64,000 nt of DNA from Patescibacteria group bacterium (GCA_018900835.1 JAHIFQ010000004.1:21141-85140), one strand, 5' to 3'. Numbered from the stretch's first letter, positions 52,691 through 60,701 are shown. Notes: generated by a model from the letters alone, not told the origin. Numbers and translations are program-made.

Positions 52691-53674
52691 ATGATTAACC
52701 AGGAATTAGCAAATATCTTATACGAAATCGGATATTTTCTTGAAATGGAAGAAGCTGCTTTCAGGCCCCAGGCATATGAGAAAGCAGCGATTGTTTTGGA
52801 AAGTACAGGACAGAGTGTGCGTGATATTTATAACAAGGGAGGGATAAAGGCGCTTGTTGCGATGCCTGGCATAGGAGAAAGTATCGCGAAAAAAATTGAA
52901 GAATATCTTAAAACAGGAAAAATTGAATATTATGAGAAATGGAAGAAAAAAGTGCCGGTTGATATTGAGGGGCTGATGGCAGTGGAGGGGGTGGGCCCAA
53001 AAACAATTCGAGTTTTATACGAAGAACTCGGGGTTACTGAAAGGAAAGAGTTGGAAAGGGCTGCCATGAACCATAAAATCTCTCCCCTCTTTGGATTTGG
53101 CGAGAAAAAGGAACAAAATATATTGCAAAGCATTGCCCTTTTGAAATCAAAAAAAGAGAGATTCCCGTTTGAAAGGATTTTTCCGACAGCAAGAGATATT
53201 AAAACAAGGTTAAACTCTTTGAAAGAGGTAAAGAAAGTTGATTTGGCTGGTTCTTTGCGCCGAAGAGAGGACACAATTGGCGATATTGATATTTTAGCAA
53301 TGACTTTGCATCCAGAAAAAGTAGTGTCTTTTTTTGTTAATCTTCCAGAGGTGGTGAAAATTTGGGGCAAAGGCAAGACCAAGGCCTCTGTCCACTTGAA
53401 ATATGGCATAGATGCGGACTTAAGGGTTATTCCGGAAATCAGCTATGGCGCTGCGCTTCAGTATTTTACTGGCTCAAAAGAGCATAATGTGGCTTTGAGG
53501 AAAATAGCTATTGAAAAAGGGATGAAGCTTAACGAATACGGACTTTACAAAGGAAAAAAAAGAGTGGCTGGAGAGAAAGAAAAAGATATTTATTTAGCCC
53601 TTGGCATCAAATGGGTTATTCCTGAATTAAGGAAGGGCAAGGGAGAAATTAAATTTTTAGTTAGCAAAAATTAG
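52691..53674 (+). CDS. family X DNA polymerase core (Pol-beta-like, no PHP domain)
   Basis: HhH motifs GIGESIAKKI and GVGPKTIRVL; NT motif GSLRRREDTIGDIDILA; 327 aa. Confidence 0.75.
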   Translation: MINQELANILYEIGYFLEMEEAAFRPQAYEKAAIVLESTGQSVRDIYNKGGIKALVAMPGIGESIAKKIEEYLKTGKIEYYEKWKKKVPVDIEGLMAVEGVGPKTIRVLYEELGVTERKELERAAMNHKISPLFGFGEKKEQNILQSIALLKSKKERFPFERIFPTARDIKTRLNSLKEVKKVDLAGSLRRREDTIGDIDILAMTLHPEKVVSFFVNLPEVVKIWGKGKTKASVHLKYGIDADLRVIPEISYGAALQYFTGSKEHNVALRKIAIEKGMKLNEYGLYKGKKRVAGEKEKDIYLALGIKWVIPELRKGKGEIKFLVSKN

Positions 53675-53741
53675 CGTTTAATATATAATTTTGTTATCAT
53701 TAAGTTGAGCTTTGATAATTAATAATTAATCTTTTAAAAAT

Positions 53742-56060
53742 ATGTTTAAAAAATACTTTGTTTTTCCTATAGTTTTCCTCGGATTTATTATTCCGCTTAC
53801 AGCTATGGCTGGCGATGCGTGTACTTCTGCTTACTACAATTACGGAGAGATTATTGAAGAGTATGATATTAATAGCAATAATAAAATTGAGTATTTAGAA
53901 GCCAAAAAAGCAATGGAGTATTATGATGAGCTTCCATCTAATTTAAGTTTAGATGGATTTATGGCTGTGATAAGATTTATGTTTTATGATTGTGTTATTC
54001 CGTCTGTTGAAAATGACCCAGCGTCTGGGACGCTTTCTACTTCCGCTACCCAAGTAAATGTCGGAGAGACAATCACGCTCACAGTTATAGGCAAAGATAA
54101 TGATGGCCTGCAGAATCTTTGGGCACATTATCAGGGAAGTTGGCATAATAAGTCGGTTCAAGGCAAAGCGGCAGACGCAACTTTTTCATTTTCAGAGTCA
54201 AAAGCAGGGACATACACTTATAAAGGATATGTTTATGGTAGCCAACCAACAGGAATTAAAGAAACCGCTTGGACAGAACCCCCAAGCGTGACCGTTAAAG
54301 TAATCAATGTTGTTTTAAATAAACCCGACCTCACAATTACAAGCGCCGAGCTAAGCAATAATGATAACAAACTTTATTACACTGTTAAAAATCAAGGGAA
54401 TGCCACAGCCCCAACATCAGAATCATTTTTTACAATAGACGGAGAACGAGGAGGCGTGGAGTATATCTCTTCTATGACAGCTGGCTCGTCTAAAATTTTC
54501 CATTTTAAAAATTGGGAATGCACACCAGCTCAATCTTATAGAATTGGCATTTGCGCTGATTGGGACCATAAAGTTTCTGAATCTAATGAGGATAATAATT
54601 GTTATAACATAACATTGAAATGTCCTGGGGCAATTCAAACAGATTGCCAAAGAGAGTATGGCCAAGAATATTGGTGCGCTAATTATGATGATTGGAAGCA
54701 AGAGTGTTCTGGTACAGGAAAGGCAAATTATTTGCCCAATGAAAAGAAGTGCCAGTTATCAGGCGGTGGAAGCGCCAATTATTGCGTGACATGTCAGCGA
54801 AATGATGATGATTCTGCTTCAGGAACATTGTCTGTTTCATCCACAACAGTTGAGCCGGGAGACAATATTACCCTGACCATCACTGGACAGGATGACAATG
54901 GACTGTATGCGCTTTTGGCTTATTACAAAGGCGAATGGCATAGAAAATTAGTGCAAGGAACAAGTGCAAGCGCCGACTTTTCGTTTTCAGAAACACAACC
55001 AGGGATTTATAGCTATTTAGGGTATATTTATGGCAAAACACTTAATGGTAATTTAGAGTTTGATTGGACCGAGCCGAGGGCTGTGACAGTCACTGTCCGT
55101 AGCGCCCAAGTTGAAGGACCGGATTTGATTATATCTTCAATAAGCACGAGTCCGAGCTCATTGACCACAGCAGATGAGGTTGATTTCAGGGTGACTATTA
55201 AGAATATTGGCACACAGCAGATGTCAGCGGTGAGCGGGGGGATTATAACAAAGGTATCGTCAAGCTCTATGGATGGGTCTGGTTATAGAATATGTGATGC
55301 AATGACAACTCGGCTTAAGGCAGGCGAAATCGCGACCATAGATTGTCCGATTGTCCAATCTCTTTCTGCTGGCAGCCACAGCTTTACATTTTTGACTGAC
55401 TCAAGCAATAGATTGTCAGAAGGAAGTGAAACCAATAATGCGTTTTCAAAGAATATTACAGTTATAAGGGGATCTATTGGACAAAACGATCCTGTATCAG
55501 GAATATTTTCCACAAGCGCAACAAGTGTTGCGGAAAGGGGATTCTTTACTCTCAAAGTAATTGCGCAAGACGACCAAGGAGTGGACAAAATTAAGATTTA
55601 TTATAAGGACTCATGGCACACATTTGATTGCGTTGGCCAGACATCCTGCACAAAGAGTTATGAATTATACGAATCAACAGCAGGAACATATACTTATTAT
55701 GCTAAGGTCTATGGATATGATTTGAATAATAATTCAGAGAATACTGATACTGCCCCAAGTCAAGTTGTGGTTAGCGTGACTGCATTGAACATGGCTACTT
55801 GCACGGACTCTGATGGAGGCGCAAATTATTTTGTTAAAGGTAGTTCGTCTTCAAGCGTTTCTGGGGTTGAAGGGAGAGTCGATTGTTGCAAGGCATTATA
55901 CTCAACTGAAATGGGTAATTCTGTGGACCATATTGGCCCAGGAGGAGGCCCTTGCGTAACCTCGGGTCTTTATCTATACGAAGCAATTTGTCAAAACGGA
56001 GTGCCTTATACCACGGTACATGCTTGTTCAAATGGATGTCAGGATGGTGTTTGCAGATAA
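53742..56060 (+). CDS. secreted repeat protein (3 copies of a ~100-aa module plus CARDB-like domains and a Cys-rich C-terminus)
   Basis: Signal peptide, then the repeated module SGTLS.S.T.V..G..ITLT..G.DDNGL..L.A.Y.G.WH.K.VQG..A.A.FSFSE...G.Y.Y.GY.YG three times. CARDB-like PDLTITSAELS..YTVKNQGNA and PDLIISSIS..VTIKNIG. Confidence 0.55.
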   Translation: MFKKYFVFPIVFLGFIIPLTAMAGDACTSAYYNYGEIIEEYDINSNNKIEYLEAKKAMEYYDELPSNLSLDGFMAVIRFMFYDCVIPSVENDPASGTLSTSATQVNVGETITLTVIGKDNDGLQNLWAHYQGSWHNKSVQGKAADATFSFSESKAGTYTYKGYVYGSQPTGIKETAWTEPPSVTVKVINVVLNKPDLTITSAELSNNDNKLYYTVKNQGNATAPTSESFFTIDGERGGVEYISSMTAGSSKIFHFKNWECTPAQSYRIGICADWDHKVSESNEDNNCYNITLKCPGAIQTDCQREYGQEYWCANYDDWKQECSGTGKANYLPNEKKCQLSGGGSANYCVTCQRNDDDSASGTLSVSSTTVEPGDNITLTITGQDDNGLYALLAYYKGEWHRKLVQGTSASADFSFSETQPGIYSYLGYIYGKTLNGNLEFDWTEPRAVTVTVRSAQVEGPDLIISSISTSPSSLTTADEVDFRVTIKNIGTQQMSAVSGGIITKVSSSSMDGSGYRICDAMTTRLKAGEIATIDCPIVQSLSAGSHSFTFLTDSSNRLSEGSETNNAFSKNITVIRGSIGQNDPVSGIFSTSATSVAERGFFTLKVIAQDDQGVDKIKIYYKDSWHTFDCVGQTSCTKSYELYESTAGTYTYYAKVYGYDLNNNSENTDTAPSQVVVSVTALNMATCTDSDGGANYFVKGSSSSSVSGVEGRVDCCKALYSTEMGNSVDHIGPGGGPCVTSGLYLYEAICQNGVPYTTVHACSNGCQDGVCR

Positions 56061-56155
56061 TTTATGAAGAAAATTTCTTTTCTAGAAAAAGTTTATCAAG
56101 TAGTGAAGAATATTCCTTGAGGGAAAATTTTGAGCTATAAAGATGTGGCGATTTG

Positions 56156-56195
56156 AAAACCCAAAAACCCGCCTCATGGCGGGTTTTTGGGTTTT
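56156..56195. terminator. bidirectional terminator between convergent genes
   Basis: AAAACCCAAAAACCCGCC-TCAT-GGCGGGTTTTTGGGTTTT, an 18-bp perfect stem. Confidence 0.75.
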
Positions 56196-56244
56196 GAGAT
56201 AATCAATAATCAATTATCAATTATAAATTATCAATGATTAGTGA

Positions 56245-56592
56245 TTATTTAATTGCCTCTTCTATTATTTTTTCAAATATTTTTGGCTGTTCTTGAGCTA
56301 ATTGAGCCAAGATTTTTCTGTCTATTGCGATATTCTTTTTCTTAAGACCACCCATTAATTTGCTATAGGAAATATCTTGTTTTCTGGAACCAGCATTAAT
56401 TTGAATCTGCCACAACTGCCTCTTCTCGCGTTTTCTTACCTTCCTATCCCTGTAATTATAAGACAGGGCATGGAGTAATGCTTCTTTTGCTAAAGTATAT
56501 CTGTTTTTTCTGCCCCAGCGGAATCCCTTAGTTTGTTTTAATACACTTTTTCTCCGTTTGTGGGCCGTTGTTCCGCGTTTTACTCGTACCAT
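56245..56592 (-). CDS. rplT: 50S ribosomal protein L20
   Basis: MVRVKRGTTAHKRRKSVLKQTKGFRWGRKN. Confidence 0.9.
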   Translation of the reverse strand: MVRVKRGTTAHKRRKSVLKQTKGFRWGRKNRYTLAKEALLHALSYNYRDRKVRKREKRQLWQIQINAGSRKQDISYSKLMGGLKKKNIAIDRKILAQLAQEQPKIFEKIIEEAIK

Positions 56593-56595
56593 GGA

Positions 56596-56802
56596 TTAAA
56601 TTGACATCAATTTTTTAATTTTTTTGGATTCAGAGTTCGGCAATTCCACCCATTTTCTTTTCTCTTGTATCTGATTTCCTGATTTTTTTGAGCGGAAATG
56701 ATTTTGTCCGGTCGCTTTTCGTAAGATTTTCCCGCTTTTCGTTAGCTTAAATCTTTTGGTCAACGATTTTCTTGTCTTCGCCTTTCTTGTTTTCTGTGGC
56801 AT
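56596..56802 (-). CDS. rpmI: 50S ribosomal protein L35
   Basis: MPQKTRKAKTRKSLTKRFKLTKSGKILRK. Confidence 0.9.
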   Translation of the reverse strand: MPQKTRKAKTRKSLTKRFKLTKSGKILRKATGQNHFRSKKSGNQIQEKRKWVELPNSESKKIKKLMSI

Positions 56803-57316
56803 TTTTTTGTCCTCGTTTAATAATAAGAATTAATATGTTCGGCAATTTTCTTGGAGGCAGCTCTGTCTCTATTGGAATTTGAGCCCCTAATATTTCTACG
56901 AATTTTTTTATTTGTTCTTCAGCGTGCTGACGCAATGCTTTCTCGCGCCCCCTTAATCGCAATTCTATTTTTATTTTATTTCCTTGTTTCAGGAATTTGT
57001 ACGCCTGATTCGCCTTTGTTTCTATGTCGTGTAAAGAAGTATTGAATTTTATCCTTACCCCCTTGATTCCTCCGCTCTTCTGGCGGGACTGTTTCCCAGC
57101 TTTCTTTTTTAATTGATAAAGATATTTCCCAAAATCGCCTATCTTGCATATCGGTGGAGAAACCTTGTCTGTCACCTGTATTAAATCTAAACCGCGCTCG
57201 GAAGACATTTTGAGCGCTTGTTCCAGGGATAATACCCCTACTTGCTTATCGTCTTCGTCGATTAGCCTTACCTCTCTTACTTTTATTTGGTGGTTTAATA
57301 ATGGTTTACTCTGAAT
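56747..57316 (-). CDS. infC: translation initiation factor IF-3 (probable AUU start)
   Basis: INHQIKVREVRLIDEDDKQVGVLSLEQALKMSSERGLDLIQV... The ORF-track GTG start at 57364 lies inside the tmRNA T-arm. An in-frame ATT is at 57316 (ATA at 57334). The 3' end overlaps rpmI by 56 nt. Confidence 0.8.
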   Translation of the reverse strand: MQSKPLLNHQIKVREVRLIDEDDKQVGVLSLEQALKMSSERGLDLIQVTDKVSPPICKIGDFGKYLYQLKKKAGKQSRQKSGGIKGVRIKFNTSLHDIETKANQAYKFLKQGNKIKIELRLRGREKALRQHAEEQIKKFVEILGAQIPIETELPPRKLPNILILIIKRGQKNATENKKGEDKKIVDQKI

Positions 57317-57339
57317 ACTTTTATAATTACTTATTTTAG

Positions 57340-57716
57340 TGGAGATGGTGGGATTCGAACCCACGTATAGGAAGGCGTTTGAATCGTTTCTACAAGCTTA
57401 CCTTGATTGATATTGTCGGCCAGATGCCTTGAATCAAGGGAAAAAGCTTCTGGCTTAGGCCTGTTTTTGGCAATCCTTGTCGGCCAATTAAGGATTGCTT
57501 ATCTCGATAAATTACACCCGTATTGCCTATCGAGAGTCAGCAAGACAGATGGGCGTTGATTATTGCTAATCAAGCGCCGACCAAAGCGTTATGCGTAAGC
57601 ATAAGCTGGTCTTTGAAATAAGTTGGCACTTATTTGATTCTTGGAAGTTTAACCAGGTTCCAAGAGCTGGACTTGCGCAATTCATCAGCTATTTCCCATC
57701 GATGCCTTTCACCCCC
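57340..57716 (-). ncRNA. ssrA: tmRNA (SsrA)
   Basis: 5' GGGGGUGAAAGGCAUCGAUGGGA; 3' GUGGG-UUCGAAU-CCCAC-CAUCUCC-A. The acceptor stem has a G3.U70 pair. Tag frame GCC AAC UUA UUU CAA AGA CCA GCU UAU GCU UAC GCA UAA (57627..57589) encodes ANLFQRPAYAYA. Adjacent to smpB. Confidence 0.8.
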
Positions 57717-58161
57717 GTTCTTTTAATTCTCTTCTGATGTCTTTTTGTGTTGTTCTCTTTTTGAGAACCTCTCTTTTGTCAACTTTGCCTTTGTGTTTGG
57801 CAATTGCTATCTCAATTTTTATTTTACCCTGCTTAGTATACATTCTTAAAGGCACTAATGTCAAGCCCTTTTGGGCTGATTTTCCTATTAAATGCTTGAT
57901 TTCCGATTTATTTAGCAGTAACTTTCTCGTTCTTTTTTCGTTATAACTATTAGGAGTGTTGTTCGGTTGATATGGCGGAACGCTTGCGTTGAGGAGATAT
58001 GGGTCTTCGTCTTTAAAAACCACAAAAGACCCTTGCAGATTGGCTCTGCCGAGTTTGATTGATTTTACCTCATAGCCGTTCAACACAATGCCTGCCTCAA
58101 ATGTTTCTATCGGCATATAGTCGAAAAAGGCCTTTTTGTTTTCTGCTAAATTTTTTGCCAT
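57709..58161 (-). CDS. smpB: SsrA-binding protein SmpB
   Basis: NKKAFFDYMPIETFEAGIVLNGYEVKSIK... with a C-terminal basic tail. Confidence 0.9.
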   Translation of the reverse strand: MAKNLAENKKAFFDYMPIETFEAGIVLNGYEVKSIKLGRANLQGSFVVFKDEDPYLLNASVPPYQPNNTPNSYNEKRTRKLLLNKSEIKHLIGKSAQKGLTLVPLRMYTKQGKIKIEIAIAKHKGKVDKREVLKKRTTQKDIRRELKERG

Positions 58162-58329
58162 TATCTTATGGTATCATAAATGGGCAAAATATTAAGGGGA
58201 CAGCGTTTTATTTCAAGCTTATTTAAGGTAGAATTATAGAATAATAACTAGAAAAGGTCGGCAAAAAAACAATTATTAATCATTGATTATTTGCCCGCCT
58301 CGGGCGGGTTAATTATTAAGAGATTCAAC

Positions 58330-59145
58330 ATGGAAGATACAAAACAATTTTTTCATAACAAACATCCTAAAGGGATTTTCAAGGCAGTTTTAGTCCTGCT
58401 CCTGCTCGCCTTGACTGTTTTTGTGTGTGTAGAAATTTCCAATAAAATAAAAATAGGCAGATATATTGGTCAGGATGTGGTTTCAAGGAATACCATCTCC
58501 GTTAGTGGAACAGGCGAAGTATATGCTAAGCCGGACTTGGCAATTACGAGTTTCACCGTGAAAACAGAAGCTAAAACAGTAGAGGGTGCGATGTCGGACA
58601 ATACCGAGAAAATGAATGCTGTTATTAGTGCGATGAAAGGCGCTGGAGTTGAAGACAAGGATTTAAAGACAACTAATTTTAGGATTTCCCCTCGCTATGA
58701 ATACAGAACTGATTACAGCGTTGAATCATTATCATTGCCAAGGCCACAGACAAGGGTTTTGGTTGGATATGATGTAACCCAGTCGCTTGAGGTTAAAATA
58801 AGGGATATGGCGAAAATTGGAGACATTATCCAGAAAGCGGTTTCTGCTGGAGCCAATCAGGCAGGCGGGCTTCAATTTACTTTTGATGACCCAGATGGTT
58901 TGAAGAATCAAGCAAGAGAAGAAGCGATTAATGAGGCAAAAGATAAAGCAGAGTTATTGGCGAAACAGCTTGGCGTGAGATTGTCCAAGATTACCAATTT
59001 TAGCGAAGGTGGCTATTATCCGCCGATTTATTATGATAGCGCGATAAGCGCCAAAGCAATGAGCGTAGAAGAATCTGTACCGCAGATAGAAACAGGGGAG
59101 AACAAAATCTCGGTAAATGTGACTATTACTTACGAGATAAATTAA
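58330..59145 (+). CDS. SIMPL/DUF541-domain secreted protein
   Basis: ATG at 58330 (the ORF-track TTG at 58291 reads through a GC hairpin). TM/signal, then ISVSGTGEVYAKPDLAITSFTV..MNAVISAMKGAGVEDKDLKTTNFRISPRYEY. Confidence 0.7.
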   Translation: MEDTKQFFHNKHPKGIFKAVLVLLLLALTVFVCVEISNKIKIGRYIGQDVVSRNTISVSGTGEVYAKPDLAITSFTVKTEAKTVEGAMSDNTEKMNAVISAMKGAGVEDKDLKTTNFRISPRYEYRTDYSVESLSLPRPQTRVLVGYDVTQSLEVKIRDMAKIGDIIQKAVSAGANQAGGLQFTFDDPDGLKNQAREEAINEAKDKAELLAKQLGVRLSKITNFSEGGYYPPIYYDSAISAKAMSVEESVPQIETGENKISVNVTITYEIN

Positions 59146-59405
59146 GTTCTATCAGTGTCGCTCTATTAGTTTGTTATGGTTTGTTGGGGTTTGACCCCAA
59201 TATTGCCAAAATTACGAGGCCGGGCCTCGTAATTTTCGTGAAACGCAGAAACCCTTACCAGATATGAAGATTCTCACAACGAGGCCGGGCCTCGTAATTT
59301 TTAGGGGAAAGTTATCCACAGGGGGAAGGGGTTAAATATGGAAAAAGGTTGACAAGGGTTAAGCAGGAGGATTATACTAAAGGTAGGATAATTAACTCTA
59401 AAAAT

Positions 59406-59609
59406 ATGTACAATAAAGGCGTTAAAAGCGGGAATAATGGCGATTCGCAAGGGAGAGCTCTTGGCTCTGGTGGCTATGGCGGTGGCACAGGCGGATATGT
59501 TGTTGCTAAAGGACTTACGGCAGGATATGTTGGGGAAAAAGATGAGGGACGAGCTGAAACTGCTGTTTTTAGAGGAGATCATTCGGGCAGAGGAGACGTT
59601 TCGTTTTGA
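59406..59609 (+). CDS. 67-aa glycine-rich peptide (or non-coding transcript)
   Basis: Its own promoter is TTGACA (59349-59354), 17/18-nt spacer, TATACT. ATG at 59406: MYNKGVKSGNNGDSQGRALGSGGYGGGTGGYVVAKGLTAGYVGEKDEGRAETAVFRGDHSGRGDVSF. Terminator at 59650-59680. Confidence 0.3.
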   Translation: MYNKGVKSGNNGDSQGRALGSGGYGGGTGGYVVAKGLTAGYVGEKDEGRAETAVFRGDHSGRGDVSF

Positions 59610-59649
59610 GTAGGATTTAAAATAATAAAAGACATTTTTGAAATTAGAT

Positions 59650-59680
59650 AAAACGCTTTTTAAGCGTTTTGTTTTTGTTT
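59650..59680 (+). terminator. intrinsic terminator
   Basis: AAAACGCTT-TTT-AAGCGTTTT followed by GTTTTTGTTT. Confidence 0.7.
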
Positions 59681-59693
59681 GAATGTCCATTGC

Positions 59694-59774
59694 GAATGTT
59701 TAGAGGTTGAACCTCTAAACATTCTGAAATCTTAGCAACGAGACCCGTCCTCTTTATGAGGACGGGTCTCGTTG
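59694..59774. repeat. two long perfect inverted repeats
   Basis: GAATGTTTAGAGGT-TGA-ACCTCTAAACATTC (59694-59724, 14-bp arms) and CAACGAGACCCGTCCTC-TTTAT-GAGGACGGGTCTCGTTG (59736-59774, 17-bp arms). Confidence 0.9.
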
Positions 59775-59822
59775 TAGTCGTAACTTTTGCTCATATTTGG
59801 AATATGAGATAAAATTAAATAT

Positions 59823-60683
59823 ATGAAAGAATGTATGAGAAAATGTATGAAGAATTGTTTCGTAGTCAATTTGAAGGGAGAGAAAGAACCATTTTCTTTG
59901 GCAAAGGTTTTTAGAAGCGCCCAGCAATCAGGTGCTTCAAAGGACTTGGCGCAAAAAATTGCTATTGAAATAGAGAGGAACATTTATTCGGGTATAAAAA
60001 CCAGCGAGATTTTTAAGCAAGTCAATCAACTTCTCAAAAAAGAGGACAAGCAATCAAGCTTGAGATTCAGCTTAAGAGAGGCAATGAGAAAATTAGGCCC
60101 AAGCGGGTTTCCTTTTGAAAAATATATAGACGATATTTTTTCCGCTCATGGATATGAGGTATCGCTGAACCGGAAAATTAAAGGAAAATTCGCAATGCAC
60201 GAAATTGATTTCCTGGCGAGAAATGAGAAAGTCCTGTATGTTGGAGAATGTAAATATCGTATTTCTCCCGGAGAAAGAATCGATTTGGCGATATTATTGG
60301 CGTTCTACGCCAAATTTTTAGACCTTAAAAACAGCAATTATTTTAATTTGCCGAAAAGCATCGCTTTATTACCGATTATGGTTACCAATGCAAAATTCAG
60401 TTCACAGGCAGTTAGATATGCTAATGGCGTTGGGATAGAACTTTTAGGATGGAAGCATCCTCTGAACAAAGGACTGGAATATATGATTGAGGCGGAACAA
60501 CTCTATCCAATTACGATTTTGCCTTCATTCAAGGGGTATTTAATGGAATCATGTTCGCGAGCGAAAATAATGTTGGCAAGAGATGTTTTAGCAGAAAGCC
60601 CGGAACAAATCGCCAGAATTATAGGCATTGAAAAGAATAGAATTTTGCCATTGGTCAATGATGCCAAGACTTTATTGGGTTAG
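59823..60683 (+). CDS. ATP-cone domain fused to a PD-(D/E)xK (Mrr-like) nuclease domain
   Basis: ATP-cone-like VVNLKGEKEPFSLAKVFRSAQQSGASKDLAQKIAIEIERNIYSGIKTSEIFKQV. Nuclease core FEKYIDDIFSAHGYEV..HEIDFLARNEKVLYVGECKY. The start is ambiguous among three ATGs (59823, 59835, 59847). Confidence 0.55.
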   Translation: MKECMRKCMKNCFVVNLKGEKEPFSLAKVFRSAQQSGASKDLAQKIAIEIERNIYSGIKTSEIFKQVNQLLKKEDKQSSLRFSLREAMRKLGPSGFPFEKYIDDIFSAHGYEVSLNRKIKGKFAMHEIDFLARNEKVLYVGECKYRISPGERIDLAILLAFYAKFLDLKNSNYFNLPKSIALLPIMVTNAKFSSQAVRYANGVGIELLGWKHPLNKGLEYMIEAEQLYPITILPSFKGYLMESCSRAKIMLARDVLAESPEQIARIIGIEKNRILPLVNDAKTLLG

Positions 60684-60701
60684 CCAAGAAAAGAATTAGA
60701 T

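Noticed and set aside
57317-57364. GTG start of infC given by the ORF track (MGSNPTISTK...).
   Set aside because: These codons are the T-arm and acceptor 3' strand of the tmRNA gene, so the extension is an artefact of the open frame.
59312-59320. Perfect DnaA box TTATCCACA as a sign of a second origin.
   Set aside because: It is a single isolated box with no cluster or AT-rich unwinding element. The box clusters flank dnaA at 10.9 and 12.4-12.5 kb.
59301-59690. 129-aa minus-strand ORF opposite the Gly-rich unit.
   Set aside because: The translation is low-complexity S/F/I-rich. The promoter and terminator are oriented for the plus strand.
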